The notes beneath the pieces are model-generated. The model worked only from the letters and a program-made list of their open reading frames with translations, did no database searches and was not told where the DNA came from. 64,000 nucleotides of DNA, taken from NCBI GenBank assembly GCA_963710375.1, contig CAVPZX010000009.1, positions 43,865 to 107,864 on the forward strand. The letters are read 5' to 3'. The position numbers and the translations under genes are program-made. Positions 50,261 through 60,541 of the stretch are shown piece by piece. The stretch comes from Nitrospirota bacterium. Its GTDB lineage: Bacteria; Nitrospirota; Thermodesulfovibrionia; Thermodesulfovibrionales; Dissulfurispiraceae. How positions within the stretch are numbered: the first letter of the stretch is position 1; the number at the start of each line of letters is the position of its first letter.

Positions 50261-52718
50261 TATCTTCACCCCGCCTCGACGCCGGAAGATCAATTATGAC
50301 CTTTGTAAAATTTCCTTCAACGCTCTCAATCGTCATCATACCGTTATGGTCGGTGATAATACCGTGGCTGATACTCAATCCCAATCCAGTGCCTAAGCCC
50401 GCAGGCTTGGTCGAAAAAAAGGGGTCCGCTACTTTGTCGAGCAAGTCCCTGGATATGCCGGTCCCATTGTCCAGGAATATTGTCCGCACATAGGGCATAT
50501 TATTCTTTATTATTTTCGCAAATGTGATCCGAATCTGTTTGTCGCCGGATGTGCCGTCATACTTCTGGGTCAAGGCATATCGTGAATTATTTATGACATT
50601 CAAAAAAACCTGCTCTATCTGCTGAAAATTCGCTATGACAGGCAGGAGTTCCGGCATACCTGATAACTTGATCTCGACTCCGTCTTTCTTTAACATCGCC
50701 TTTGTCAGAGCAAGGACTTCAGAAATAATATCTTCAATCCTGACTGGGCGCTTGTCATCACCCCCCTGCCTGGCAAAAGAAAGAAGACCCTTGACAATGT
50801 CCGCAACGCGGACGCCTTCTTTTATGATCCGGTTGGCAATTTCCTTCTCCTTGCTGCCTTCAGCATATTTGTCCAATAACATCTCGGCACAGCTTATGAT
50901 ACCGGTCATGGGATTGTTGATTTCATGCGCCACGCCGGCAGCCAGTTCGCCAATGGAAGCAAGACGCCCAGTCCTCGCTCTCTCCGACTGCAACTTAGAT
51001 CTTTCGGCTTCGAGGGTAAACCTGTAAACCGCTTCTCCAATAATATGGGATAATGACTCGATAGACTCGAGAGTTCGCATCGATAACCTGTTTTCTGTTT
51101 TGTCTGCTATATGAATGGCCCCGAGTATGGTATCGTCATGCCGGATCGGGATTATAGTTACACTCGCAAAGCCATACTTTACACATGTTCCCCTGTATCT
51201 CTTCCTTTGCTCGATTGAAAGTCCGGCAACAAAATCCATCATGTTATTGCAGTGGAATGAGCCGTTGGATGTCACATTGTGCATATCCTGGACTTCAAAA
51301 TCTCCCTTAACCGTCCGGGTGCAGGCGCATTGGTCCCCGCGGATTGAAAGTAAATTCTCCGATTCCCAGAATTCCCTGCTGAAGCCGGTATAGCATCCGT
51401 ATGGTATCATCCCTTCTTCATTCAGCACCCTGATGCCGACACATTCACAGCCGCTCCAAATACTGATTTTTTTCACAACCTCATCAAAATATTCTTTGGC
51501 CGAAGCCTTTTGAGAAAAAAGTTTCAGCAGCTCATTTGTTGACGCCATATGCTTTTCGATCTCTTTTCGCTTGGCGATATCAAACATTGTGGCACGGCCC
51601 ATGATGAAATTGCCTTCCGCATCCTTGATAGCGGCTGAGCTCAGAAGCACCGGCAGTATGGACCCATCCTTGCGGACCATTTCGTATTCCAGGTCACATA
51701 TCCACCCCTGTTTTTTAAAAACAGGAAACATCGCCTTGAATAACTTCAGACTTCCGGGTGTGATAATGTCTGGAAACCGCATCTTCCCGATCACCTCATC
51801 CCTCGTGTAGCCAAGCCATGAAAGCTCGGTATTGTTAATTCGTACAAATACTCCGTCCTTGTCCAGAGAGTGATAGCCACACGGGGCATTGTTGTAAAGA
51901 TCATTTATTTCATCGGCAAACTTCCGCTGCAATTGTTCCGCCTGCTTCTGCAAGGTTATGTCTCGGATAAAGGCCCACATCCCGGTTGGAGCGCCCTTTT
52001 CATTCCTGACGAGATAAGCCGTCAGTTCGACGGGAAAAATGGTGCCGTCCTTTTTTATATACTCCTTCTGGTAAGGGTCTGAAAAACCCCTCGTCATTAC
52101 CTGCTCCCTGAGAATCCTGTTCTCAGCGGCGCGCCATCGTTCCGGGGTAATGTCGTGATATGATAAGCGGTATATTTCTTCCTCTGAATAACCGAGCATC
52201 TCCTGGAATGCGAGGTTGAACTCGACGAGGCGTCCGCTCATGTCGATGGCGGCAGAACCATCGCGAAGATTCTCATACAGCATCCGGTACTTCTGCTCGG
52301 ATTTCTTCAGAGCCTCTTCCGCCTGTTCGCGCTCCGAACGTTCTTGCGTCTCCCGTAAGGCCCTGAGCACTGAAGGCGCAAGTCTTGCCATATTGTTTTT
52401 CAAAACGTAGTCAGTGGCGCCTTTTTTAAGAGATTCGATGGCGCGTTCTTCACCCATATTCCCTGAAACGAAAACAAACGGCATATGCGGGAATCTCTCC
52501 TTTACAATGGAGAGCGCAGACAGCCCGTCAAAGCCGGGCAATGAATAATCGGACAGGACTAGATCGAATCCGCAGCTTTCGAGCGATGCAACAAAATCGT
52601 TAATTGTCATCACACAGCACATGTCCGAATCAATACCTCCCTCATCAAGGGCCAATTTGATAAGTTTGGCATCAAAAGGATCATCCTCCAGATGCAGGAT
52701 CCTCAGAGGTAATGTCAT
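50250..52718 (-). CDS. Cytoplasmic hybrid kinase REC-PAS-PAS-GAF-HisKA-HATPase
   Basis: ILHLEDD..SDYSLP, two PAS domains, Cys-rich GAF-like region, AHEINNP, GTGLGL. Confidence 0.9.
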   Translation of the reverse strand: MTLPLRILHLEDDPFDAKLIKLALDEGGIDSDMCCVMTINDFVASLESCGFDLVLSDYSLPGFDGLSALSIVKERFPHMPFVFVSGNMGEERAIESLKKGATDYVLKNNMARLAPSVLRALRETQERSEREQAEEALKKSEQKYRMLYENLRDGSAAIDMSGRLVEFNLAFQEMLGYSEEEIYRLSYHDITPERWRAAENRILREQVMTRGFSDPYQKEYIKKDGTIFPVELTAYLVRNEKGAPTGMWAFIRDITLQKQAEQLQRKFADEINDLYNNAPCGYHSLDKDGVFVRINNTELSWLGYTRDEVIGKMRFPDIITPGSLKLFKAMFPVFKKQGWICDLEYEMVRKDGSILPVLLSSAAIKDAEGNFIMGRATMFDIAKRKEIEKHMASTNELLKLFSQKASAKEYFDEVVKKISIWSGCECVGIRVLNEEGMIPYGCYTGFSREFWESENLLSIRGDQCACTRTVKGDFEVQDMHNVTSNGSFHCNNMMDFVAGLSIEQRKRYRGTCVKYGFASVTIIPIRHDDTILGAIHIADKTENRLSMRTLESIESLSHIIGEAVYRFTLEAERSKLQSERARTGRLASIGELAAGVAHEINNPMTGIISCAEMLLDKYAEGSKEKEIANRIIKEGVRVADIVKGLLSFARQGGDDKRPVRIEDIISEVLALTKAMLKKDGVEIKLSGMPELLPVIANFQQIEQVFLNVINNSRYALTQKYDGTSGDKQIRITFAKIIKNNMPYVRTIFLDNGTGISRDLLDKVADPFFSTKPAGLGTGLGLSISHGIITDHNGMMTIESVEGNFTKVIIDLPASRRGEDNEK

Positions 52719-52837
52719 CTGTAAAGTCCCTCACTGAACCTGTTGTTTCGCACTTCCCAGAACAATAGACCTGTTTCTAAATAGTTTAACTTTACAACAC
52801 TCTTGTGCATAATGCAACCCTATTTATTAGATTTCAC

Positions 52838-52853
52838 TGCAAGGGTTATGCCA
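52838..52853 (-). promoter_or_regulatory. Sigma54 (-24/-12) promoter
   Basis: TGGCAT-AACCC-TTGCA, 120 nt upstream of the 52718 start. Confidence 0.75.
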
Positions 52854-53023
52854 GGCGATACAATGTATTATCTTTTTGATTTATTGGGATTTATGAGACA
52901 TATTGTGCAGCTAGCATATGAATGAATTCCAATATCCAGGGAAAAATTACATAATTTTAATTCTCTTAATTTGTATTTTGTCCCGGATATAAATAAAATG
53001 AAACGAGACACGGCAGACACAAG

Positions 53024-53563
53024 ATGACAAAGAAAGATGCACATATCGTGTTTAAATTAATGACAATGGAAGATATCCCCGTTGTGCAGGACCTTGCCCG
53101 GCATATTTGGGAAGAGGCCTACAGTGATCTATTGTCGCAGGAGCAGATTCATTACATGCTGACTTTAATGTACTCAAGCAAGGTTATCTCGGACGAATTG
53201 TCCGGCGGTGCTGTATGGGAAATTATATTCCAGGAAGGTACCCCGTGCGGGTATGTATCGTACTCCATCTCCGGGGATGATGCTGTGCAACTTTCCAAGA
53301 TATATATTGAAAAGTCCTTCCGCGGCAAGAGTATCGCTGAAGAGGCGATCAAGCGCGTATTGAGATACGCTGCTGAAAAAGGGAAGGCTCGCGTCTTCCT
53401 GACAGTAAACAAAGGCAATGTGAGGGCGATAAGGGCATACGAAAAGAACGGTTTTTCTGTAACGGATTCTGTTGTCAAGGACATCGGCAACGGGTTTGTT
53501 ATGGACGATTATGTAATGAGCTGTTTCTCAGGTCATGAGCGCGCAACTAACATGACTCCGTAA
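53024..53563 (+). CDS. GNAT N-acetyltransferase
   Basis: LSKIYI..FRGKSI, LTVNKGN..AIRAYEKNGF, GFVMDDYVM. Confidence 0.9.
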   Translation: MTKKDAHIVFKLMTMEDIPVVQDLARHIWEEAYSDLLSQEQIHYMLTLMYSSKVISDELSGGAVWEIIFQEGTPCGYVSYSISGDDAVQLSKIYIEKSFRGKSIAEEAIKRVLRYAAEKGKARVFLTVNKGNVRAIRAYEKNGFSVTDSVVKDIGNGFVMDDYVMSCFSGHERATNMTP

Positions 53564-53596
53564 TGTCCCGGAATAGGAAGCCCATGCGGAAGTGTG

Positions 53597-54037
53597 CTAC
53601 GTATCCAACACCTCCCTTATCTTTCTCATCAATGTGTCAGAATTGATCGGCTTTGAGATGAAATGGAAGCCGTCTTTAAGTATTCCCTGTTCCGATATTA
53701 CATCGTCAGTATAACCGCTCATAAATATCGTCTTGATATCCGGCTCAAGGCCCTTTATCTCTTCGTATGCCTCCTTGCCGTTCTTTACCGGCATTATAAC
53801 GTCAAGGAGAACAAGGGACACTTTACCTCTGTTTTCCTTGAATTTTCCCACCGCTTCCTCACCGTTTTTGGCCTCTATTATCTTATAACCGTTGTCCTCC
53901 AAAATAATTCTCATACTCATCCTCAACAGCGCCTCGTCCTCGGCTATAATTATCGTCTCTCCATTTCCTCCGGACAAAGCTTGAGTCTGCTTAGATAACG
54001 CTTCTTTTTCTCCCTGTGTGAGGATTTTCTCCCTCAT
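53597..54037 (-). CDS. Stand-alone receiver protein, recent duplicate of the upstream kinase's REC domain
   Basis: Near-identical DNA to about 54049-54400; LLDVIMPVKNG. Confidence 0.9.
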   Translation of the reverse strand: MREKILTQGEKEALSKQTQALSGGNGETIIIAEDEALLRMSMRIILEDNGYKIIEAKNGEEAVGKFKENRGKVSLVLLDVIMPVKNGKEAYEEIKGLEPDIKTIFMSGYTDDVISEQGILKDGFHFISKPINSDTLMRKIREVLDT

Positions 54038-57027
54038 TATCTGTTGAGCACCTCCCTTATCTTTCTCATCAATGTGTCAGGATTGATCGGCTTTGAGATG
54101 AAATCAAAACCCTCTTCAAGTATACCCTTTTTCGATATTATATCGTCAGTATATCCGCTCATGAATACCGTTTTGATACCCGGCTCAAGGCCCTTTATCT
54201 CTTCGTATGCCTCCTTGCCGTTCTTTACCGGCATTATAACGTCAAGGAGAACAAGGGACACTTTACCTCTGTTTTCCTTGAATTTTAGTGCCGCCTCCTC
54301 GCCGTTTTTGGCCTCTATTATCTCATAACCGTTCTCCTGCAGGAGGGTCATAATAATCTTCCTGACCTGCGGTTCATCCTCGGCGACTATTATTGTTTCA
54401 CCTTTCCCTTCGGGCAAAGTTTCAATCGGCTTCGACATTGCTTCTCTCGTTGTCTGTGCCAGGGGCAGGTATATCTTGAAGGTCGTCCCCTTGCTCACCA
54501 CACTGTACACATTGATGTTGCCGTTGTGCTGCTTGATTATTCCGTAGACCATGGAAAGCCCCAGACCCGTGCCTTTGCCCACTTCCTTTGTGGTAAAGAA
54601 AGGTTCAAACATGTTTTCCTTCGTCCACTCGTCCATACCGACTCCGGTGTCTGATACCATCAGGACTGCATACATCCCCGCGTTCTCAAAAAAATGTGCT
54701 TCGGCATAAATGCTTTCAACATTGACAGTATCTGTCTGTATAACCAGATGTCCCCCCTCAGGCATGGCATCACGGGCATTGGCAGCAAGGTTTATCAGAA
54801 CCTGCTCCATTTGCCCTACATCAACCATTACCGGTAGCTCGGCGGCGCTCAGGACTGTACTGAGTTCTATATCCTCTCCTACGATCCTCCTGAGCATTTT
54901 TTCGATGTTCCTGACTATCTCATTCAGATCGGCGAGCACAGGTTCTATGACCTGTTTCCTGCTGAAGGCAAGCAGCCTTTTTGTGAGGTCCCCGGCACTA
55001 TCTGCAGCCTCAAGTATCTGCTGTATATATCCATGTGTTATCGTATCGTCTTTAAGCCTCATTTGCGCCATGCTTCCGTAGCCCACGATTGCAGTGAGAA
55101 TGTTATTGAAGTCATGAGCCACGCCGCCGGCAAGGGTCCCTATGCCCTCCATCTTCTGTGAATGGTGAAGCTGCTGTTGCAGGTTCTTATGTTCTGTTAT
55201 ATCGTGCATTATTCCTCTGTAAGCCTTGACAGCACCCTGCTCATCCTTTACAACTGAAGATGTTGACAAAATACTCAGTTTCCTGCCGTCTTTAGTTTTC
55301 ATCTCTATTTCATAGTCCTTCACAAATCCCTTTTCATAAACCATCATTTCGAAAATCTTTCTGTCTTCAGGATTAAAGTATAGATCATTGGGAATATCGA
55401 TGGCTAACAATTCTTCTTTCGAAGAATACCCAAACAGTTCGACGCTCGCCTGGTTTATATCCAGGAATCTGCCCTCCGAAGTGCTCATGTAAACCGCGTC
55501 TTTCGATTCCTCAAAAAGTGTACGGTATTTCTCTTCCGACTTGCTGAGGGCATCTTCAACTCTTTTTCTGTCGGATATATCCCGGATTGATTCGATGGCG
55601 CCTATCATATTTCCACTGTTGTCAAAAAGAGGACTTGCAGTAACCCATATATAAGCTCCTCTCCCATTGTTGAGCGCCGGGGCAAAACTTTCAGCATATA
55701 ATACATCCATTTTCTTCCTGACATATATGTACTTAGACGCAAGTTCTTTATTATCCACGACAACCAAATCAATCAGGTATGGCCTTGGTTCACCATAAAA
55801 AGGGACCGCCGCGTAATAATGGTCCTTCCCGACGATATCATTTTTGAGCACCCCGGTCATCTCTTCCATAGCCCGATTCCAGGCGATTATCCGTTTATCC
55901 TTATCAATAATGAATGTTGCATCAGGAAGGAATTCAATTATGTTTTTAAGTAATTCAGCAGATTTTTCGACATCTTCTGCATGACTAACATTAACCAGGA
56001 AACCCACAACAAGTCCTGTAAACGCCAACCCCGCCAGGAGGAGGCCCCAAGGACGCCAACTGCTCCTTGCCGCAATAAAGCCCGGCGCGGCCGAATAGAT
56101 TACCATCCATTTCCGACCGGCGACCTCAAGCGTCTTTGACTTTATGACGTCTGTTTCAGGCTGTTCCCTGCCCAGTAAGGGAGTTTTACGGTTGCGTGAT
56201 GAATGTGTATAGAGAAACTGTTCTTTGTCAGGCACCGTTGTGTCATGGATAAAAAAATCGACACCTTCAGGTTTTAAATAATTCATTGCGTTTTCTACAA
56301 TGTCTCTGATTCTAAATGTGCCTAGAACAAACCCTTCAAGATTGTCCCATCGTGCCCGATCGGAATTTATCAATACCCCTTTCTTGTAAATCGGCGCAAA
56401 GACGATAAACCCGAATTCACTCTTGCCCTCCGGTACAAGGGTTATTCTCGCAGTAGCACGTATCTCGCCCGTCTTTCGTGCGATTTCCAAAGTCTCCTTC
56501 CGTGTGGGATTGGAGGCGAGGTCAAAACCAAGGGCCATCTCGCTGCCCTTATATGGCTCGACAAAATAGACGGGAAAATATTCCTTACGCCTCTCCGCCC
56601 TCTTCATCTTTCCCTGTGCTATTCGTTCGGTGAATTGAAAATCATGGAAGCCTTCTGTTCTTGCAGCCAGTTCATATGTCTTCCTCCGGTAATGCGGTAC
56701 GCGCGGTATCCAATTAAGGGCGCGAATACTTGCATGCCGCTTCAGAATATGGCTTGTGAAATTACGGAACTCAGACCTTTCTATGTCCTTTACCGATATA
56801 TAATACAGGGCCTGAAGCGACGGGAGCACTGCCAGATCGCTATCGAGCTCTCTCTTCAATGCGGAAAAACGGTTTTCAGCTGCTTCATTGAATTCTGCCT
56901 GCAAGAGTTTCTTGTCAGCGTAATAGCTCGATGCCGAGACAATGATGGATAAGGCAACGCCCAGGACCACTATTACAGAAAATAAAATATTACGAAAGGT
57001 CTTATTGCCTAAAGTGTATTTAATCAT
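54037..57027 (-). CDS. Hybrid kinase CHASE-PAS-PAS-HisKA-HATPase-REC
   Basis: YFPVYFVEP..ALGFDL (CHASE), AHDFNNIL, FFTTKEVGKGTGLGL, C-terminal REC. Confidence 0.92.
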   Translation of the reverse strand: MIKYTLGNKTFRNILFSVIVVLGVALSIIVSASSYYADKKLLQAEFNEAAENRFSALKRELDSDLAVLPSLQALYYISVKDIERSEFRNFTSHILKRHASIRALNWIPRVPHYRRKTYELAARTEGFHDFQFTERIAQGKMKRAERRKEYFPVYFVEPYKGSEMALGFDLASNPTRKETLEIARKTGEIRATARITLVPEGKSEFGFIVFAPIYKKGVLINSDRARWDNLEGFVLGTFRIRDIVENAMNYLKPEGVDFFIHDTTVPDKEQFLYTHSSRNRKTPLLGREQPETDVIKSKTLEVAGRKWMVIYSAAPGFIAARSSWRPWGLLLAGLAFTGLVVGFLVNVSHAEDVEKSAELLKNIIEFLPDATFIIDKDKRIIAWNRAMEEMTGVLKNDIVGKDHYYAAVPFYGEPRPYLIDLVVVDNKELASKYIYVRKKMDVLYAESFAPALNNGRGAYIWVTASPLFDNSGNMIGAIESIRDISDRKRVEDALSKSEEKYRTLFEESKDAVYMSTSEGRFLDINQASVELFGYSSKEELLAIDIPNDLYFNPEDRKIFEMMVYEKGFVKDYEIEMKTKDGRKLSILSTSSVVKDEQGAVKAYRGIMHDITEHKNLQQQLHHSQKMEGIGTLAGGVAHDFNNILTAIVGYGSMAQMRLKDDTITHGYIQQILEAADSAGDLTKRLLAFSRKQVIEPVLADLNEIVRNIEKMLRRIVGEDIELSTVLSAAELPVMVDVGQMEQVLINLAANARDAMPEGGHLVIQTDTVNVESIYAEAHFFENAGMYAVLMVSDTGVGMDEWTKENMFEPFFTTKEVGKGTGLGLSMVYGIIKQHNGNINVYSVVSKGTTFKIYLPLAQTTREAMSKPIETLPEGKGETIIVAEDEPQVRKIIMTLLQENGYEIIEAKNGEEAALKFKENRGKVSLVLLDVIMPVKNGKEAYEEIKGLEPGIKTVFMSGYTDDIISKKGILEEGFDFISKPINPDTLMRKIREVLNR

Positions 57028-57054
57028 TATTGATCTCAGATTATCCTCATTCTG

Positions 57055-57708
57055 TCATTTGTCTTCAATCCCCCAAATCCTATTATAATATTCCGGATAC
57101 AGTTTTCTTGTGCATTCAGGACAAATTCCATGAGTAAAGAGCGCTTCGGAATGTTCGCTGATATAGGCTTCAATCTGCTTCCAATACCCTTTATCATCCC
57201 TGATTTTCTTGCATGAGGCGCAAATAGGAAGCATGCCGCTTAATGTCTTTACCTTTGCAATGGCATCCTGGAGCTCGAGGATCAGCTTTTCGCGCTCCTC
57301 ATTATACTTTTGGATCTCTCTTTCGTGAAGCACAAAATCGGCGCATCTCCTTACTGCAGCAATTAGTCTCTCGCTCCCTATAGGTTTTAAAACATACTGG
57401 TCAACGGAGATCTCAATTGCCGCGAGAAAATAGTCAGTATCAGTGTACGCTGTAGTCATTATGATCTGCGTGTTACTGTTTTCCTCTCTGATTTTCCTTG
57501 CCATGTCCAATCCGCTCATGACAGGCATCCTTATGTCGGTTATGACTATATCAGGATTACATTGTTTAAACGCTGCCAATCCATCCTTTCCGTTCTCTGC
57601 CACATATACGGTCCGGACAATCCTCTTCAGGATTTCACTGGCGGCATTTCTCGCATGAGGATCATCCTCGACATATAAGACAGTGACTTCCATTACCCCT
57701 TTCCCCAT
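57055..57708 (-). CDS. Response regulator with C-terminal Cys/His-rich domain
   Basis: TDIRMP; LPICASCKKIRDDKGYW...THGICPEC. Confidence 0.9.
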   Translation of the reverse strand: MGKGVMEVTVLYVEDDPHARNAASEILKRIVRTVYVAENGKDGLAAFKQCNPDIVITDIRMPVMSGLDMARKIREENSNTQIIMTTAYTDTDYFLAAIEISVDQYVLKPIGSERLIAAVRRCADFVLHEREIQKYNEEREKLILELQDAIAKVKTLSGMLPICASCKKIRDDKGYWKQIEAYISEHSEALFTHGICPECTRKLYPEYYNRIWGIEDK

Positions 57709-57709
57709 T

Positions 57710-59326
57710 TTATACCTCTATCATGAACTCCGCCCCTTCCTTCCAGTTTCTGGCAGTAAGCTGCCCCCCCATGTTTCTCTCTATCATAGTTTTAGATATG
57801 TACAAACCGATCCCTGTCCCGGTCCCTTCGTCTTTGGTGGTGAAATAAGGATCAAATATCTTGCTCATTATGTCATCCGGAATCCCTCCTCCGGTATCCC
57901 GGACTGTAAGTATAATTTTGTCAGCTTTTCCCGATATCTCAATAGTTATTTTTGCCGGGCAATTCTCCTGTGCTTTCCGCAATAAAATTGCATCCTTTGC
58001 ATTATTGATAAGATTCAAAAGAACATGCTTGAACTCATTGGGATACCCATTGATGACCAGGCCTTCTTTTTCAGCAATCACTTCAACATCAATATAGTTG
58101 TTTTGAAGCTGGGCCTTGATAAGAGAGATGGTTTCAACTACCACATCCCTTGCCTCAAAAAGCTCTTTTGCCTTTGAAGGTTTGAAGAAATTGCGGAAAT
58201 CATCTATCGTCTTCGACATAAAATTCACCTGCCACATGGTCGAAGCTACGGCATTTTGGAGCCGGTCCGCATTCAACTCGCCATATTCATATGCCATCTT
58301 CAGGTTTTGTATAATGAGACCGATGACATTTAGGGGCTGTCGCCACTGATGGGCAATTGCGCCCATCATCTCCCCCATGGCCGCCATCCTGGACTGCTGA
58401 AACAGCATATGCTCTTTTTCCTGGCGTGAGGCGATTTCTTCCTGTACTCTTTGTTCAAGGGTTGCGTTTAGTTCTTCGAGCTGGCGCTGCTTATTTTTTA
58501 TTTCCACTTCCATTTTCTTTCTCTCAGTGATCTCGGTCATCAAGGTCGCATTAGCGATAGATAATTCATTTGTGCGTTCCTCTACCCTGCGGTCCAATTT
58601 CATATACGACCTTATCAGCGCTTCCTCAAACTGCTTGCGTTCTGTGGTATCCTGGTGGCAGCCGCGCCAGCTATTATAATTTCCTTTTTTATCGTATACC
58701 GGCAGGGAATTGTGAGAGATCCAGCGGACCTCACCGCTTTTCGTCACAATACGGAGTTCCAACTGTTCTGAAATGCCTTTGCTTTCTATGTTACGTGTAT
58801 GCTCTGCCCATATATTCCGGTCCTCAGGATGTACAATCGTTTCCAGAAGTTCAGGCGCTGCATAGAACTCTTCTTCTGTATAGCCGCAGAACTTTTCGCA
58901 GTTTTCAGATACGTAGATTATGTTGTTGTCATGGGCTCTCCAAAAAACAAAATCTTTCGAAAACTCTGTCACGGTCCTGTATAGCTCTTCACTCCGTTCC
59001 AGTTCCCGCCTCTTGTCAATCTCGGTCACCATCTTATTGAATGCCCAGGAAAGAGTTCCGATCTCATCTTTTGTCTTTATGTCCAGGAATCTGCCGTCCC
59101 CTGTTTTTTGTGGAAGATCCTCAACGTGACGGGTGAAAAGTTCAAGAGGTTTTATGAAATATTTTATTATGAAAGAAACGATAAGAAAAACCGCTATGAA
59201 CCCAGTAACAGCGGCCATCAAATAATAGTGTCCCGCCTGCCGGTTGGGAAGACCTGCTTCAACTGACAGTGCGAATAGAGCAACAGGGATCGAGACGATT
59301 AGTATGGATTTGGTTTTTAATTTCAT
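57710..59326 (-). CDS. HAMP-PAS sensor histidine kinase
   Basis: DEIGTL, VHPED, IAHQWRQPL, GTGIGLY. Confidence 0.9.
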   Translation of the reverse strand: MKLKTKSILIVSIPVALFALSVEAGLPNRQAGHYYLMAAVTGFIAVFLIVSFIIKYFIKPLELFTRHVEDLPQKTGDGRFLDIKTKDEIGTLSWAFNKMVTEIDKRRELERSEELYRTVTEFSKDFVFWRAHDNNIIYVSENCEKFCGYTEEEFYAAPELLETIVHPEDRNIWAEHTRNIESKGISEQLELRIVTKSGEVRWISHNSLPVYDKKGNYNSWRGCHQDTTERKQFEEALIRSYMKLDRRVEERTNELSIANATLMTEITERKKMEVEIKNKQRQLEELNATLEQRVQEEIASRQEKEHMLFQQSRMAAMGEMMGAIAHQWRQPLNVIGLIIQNLKMAYEYGELNADRLQNAVASTMWQVNFMSKTIDDFRNFFKPSKAKELFEARDVVVETISLIKAQLQNNYIDVEVIAEKEGLVINGYPNEFKHVLLNLINNAKDAILLRKAQENCPAKITIEISGKADKIILTVRDTGGGIPDDIMSKIFDPYFTTKDEGTGTGIGLYISKTMIERNMGGQLTARNWKEGAEFMIEV

Positions 59327-59744
59327 GACGCCGGCATAGTGCATTGAAGACCCTGGCTTTGCTGTAGAAGGATCAGTTCAGCTATTATCCTGACATATTT
59401 TCTTTTCAAACTCTTTTCCGGCATACGCACTTTATATTAGTCCTGTTTATTTTACTCCGTTGCAGTAACCACAGTCAAAAGAAACATTTTTATCAACATA
59501 GAACTCCACATAATTAGAGTAAGCAGGATTGGAAAAGTTGAGATGCTTCTGTAAGGGCTGCCGGCTTCGTGCATGTCCAGAACGCCGGCAGTCCTTCCCC
59601 TTGTCTTATCCCGCCGCAGTTTGAGTCTCTCTACTCCGCTAACAGCGGCAGAGGGGATTTCATCCCCTAACTCCCGGCCTTTAAAGAACATAAAAAATGC
59701 TTCCGTGCGTAGCTTATGAAGTGGCCCCAAGCACCCGTTAACTT

Positions 59745-59766
59745 TTGTAGCCTCTTTGTGCTACAA
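59745..59766. promoter_or_regulatory. Toxin-antitoxin operator palindrome
   Basis: TTGTAGC-N8-GCTACAA overlapping a TACAAT -10 upstream of the antitoxin. Confidence 0.75.
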
Positions 59767-59788
59767 TAAATGGCAGAAAGGAGTCAAT

Positions 59789-60049
59789 ATGGCAAAAACA
59801 GCAGTAATAAGAGCGAGAACTGAGCCGGCGCTGAAAACCGGCGCAGAAAGGATTTTTAAGCGACTCGGCATGTCTAGTGCAGAGGCTATCAACCTGTTTT
59901 ATACTCAGGTAATGTTGCACAAGGGATTACCGTTTGAAGTGAAAATACCAAACGCAGAAACCACCGAGACTTTGAGGAAATCCCGACAGGGGAAAGAATT
60001 GAAAGCATTCGAGACTGTTGATGCCCTACTAAAAGACCTGGGTATTTAA
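59789..60049 (+). CDS. dinJ: RelB/DinJ antitoxin
   Basis: IRAR...LGMSSAEAINLF...GLPFEVKIPNAET. Confidence 0.9.
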   Translation: MAKTAVIRARTEPALKTGAERIFKRLGMSSAEAINLFYTQVMLHKGLPFEVKIPNAETTETLRKSRQGKELKAFETVDALLKDLGI

Positions 60050-60051
60050 CG

Positions 60052-60324
60052 GTGGCATTAAAGCCTGTACGCACCACGAAATTCAAGAAAGATGTAAAGA
60101 GAATGTTATTGCGTGGAAGGGACGGCAAGAAATTAGCAGATATAATCAAGAAACTTGTTGACGAAGAACCTCTCAATCCATCATATAAACCGCATCCCCT
60201 TGCAGGCGAATTCAGGGGATCAATCGATTGTCATTTGGAGCCTGACTGGTTGTTAATATACAGGATAGAAGGCCAATATATTTTTTTCGAACGTACCGGT
60301 ACACATTCAGACCTTTTCCAATAA
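60052..60324 (+). CDS. yafQ: YafQ-family mRNA interferase toxin
   Basis: FKKDVK, HPLAG, DCHLEPDWLLIY, RTGTHSDLF. Confidence 0.93.
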   Translation: MALKPVRTTKFKKDVKRMLLRGRDGKKLADIIKKLVDEEPLNPSYKPHPLAGEFRGSIDCHLEPDWLLIYRIEGQYIFFERTGTHSDLFQ

Positions 60325-60541
60325 ACGGCAAGGGGCAAAAGCAGTGCTCTGATATAGTAGTGTTGTTCTTATCAGCATGGATGAGGAGAACGCGTATTAG
60401 AATTTTACCGATATAATATTTCCCTGGCAGCCGATAAAACACTTGCTCCGCTAATCGGCTCCAGAAGGGATTTCATCCCTTGACCCTCCCCATTAAAGAG
60501 AAGGCTTTTTCTGTACCGCAGTTACTCCCGTCCGTACTCGG

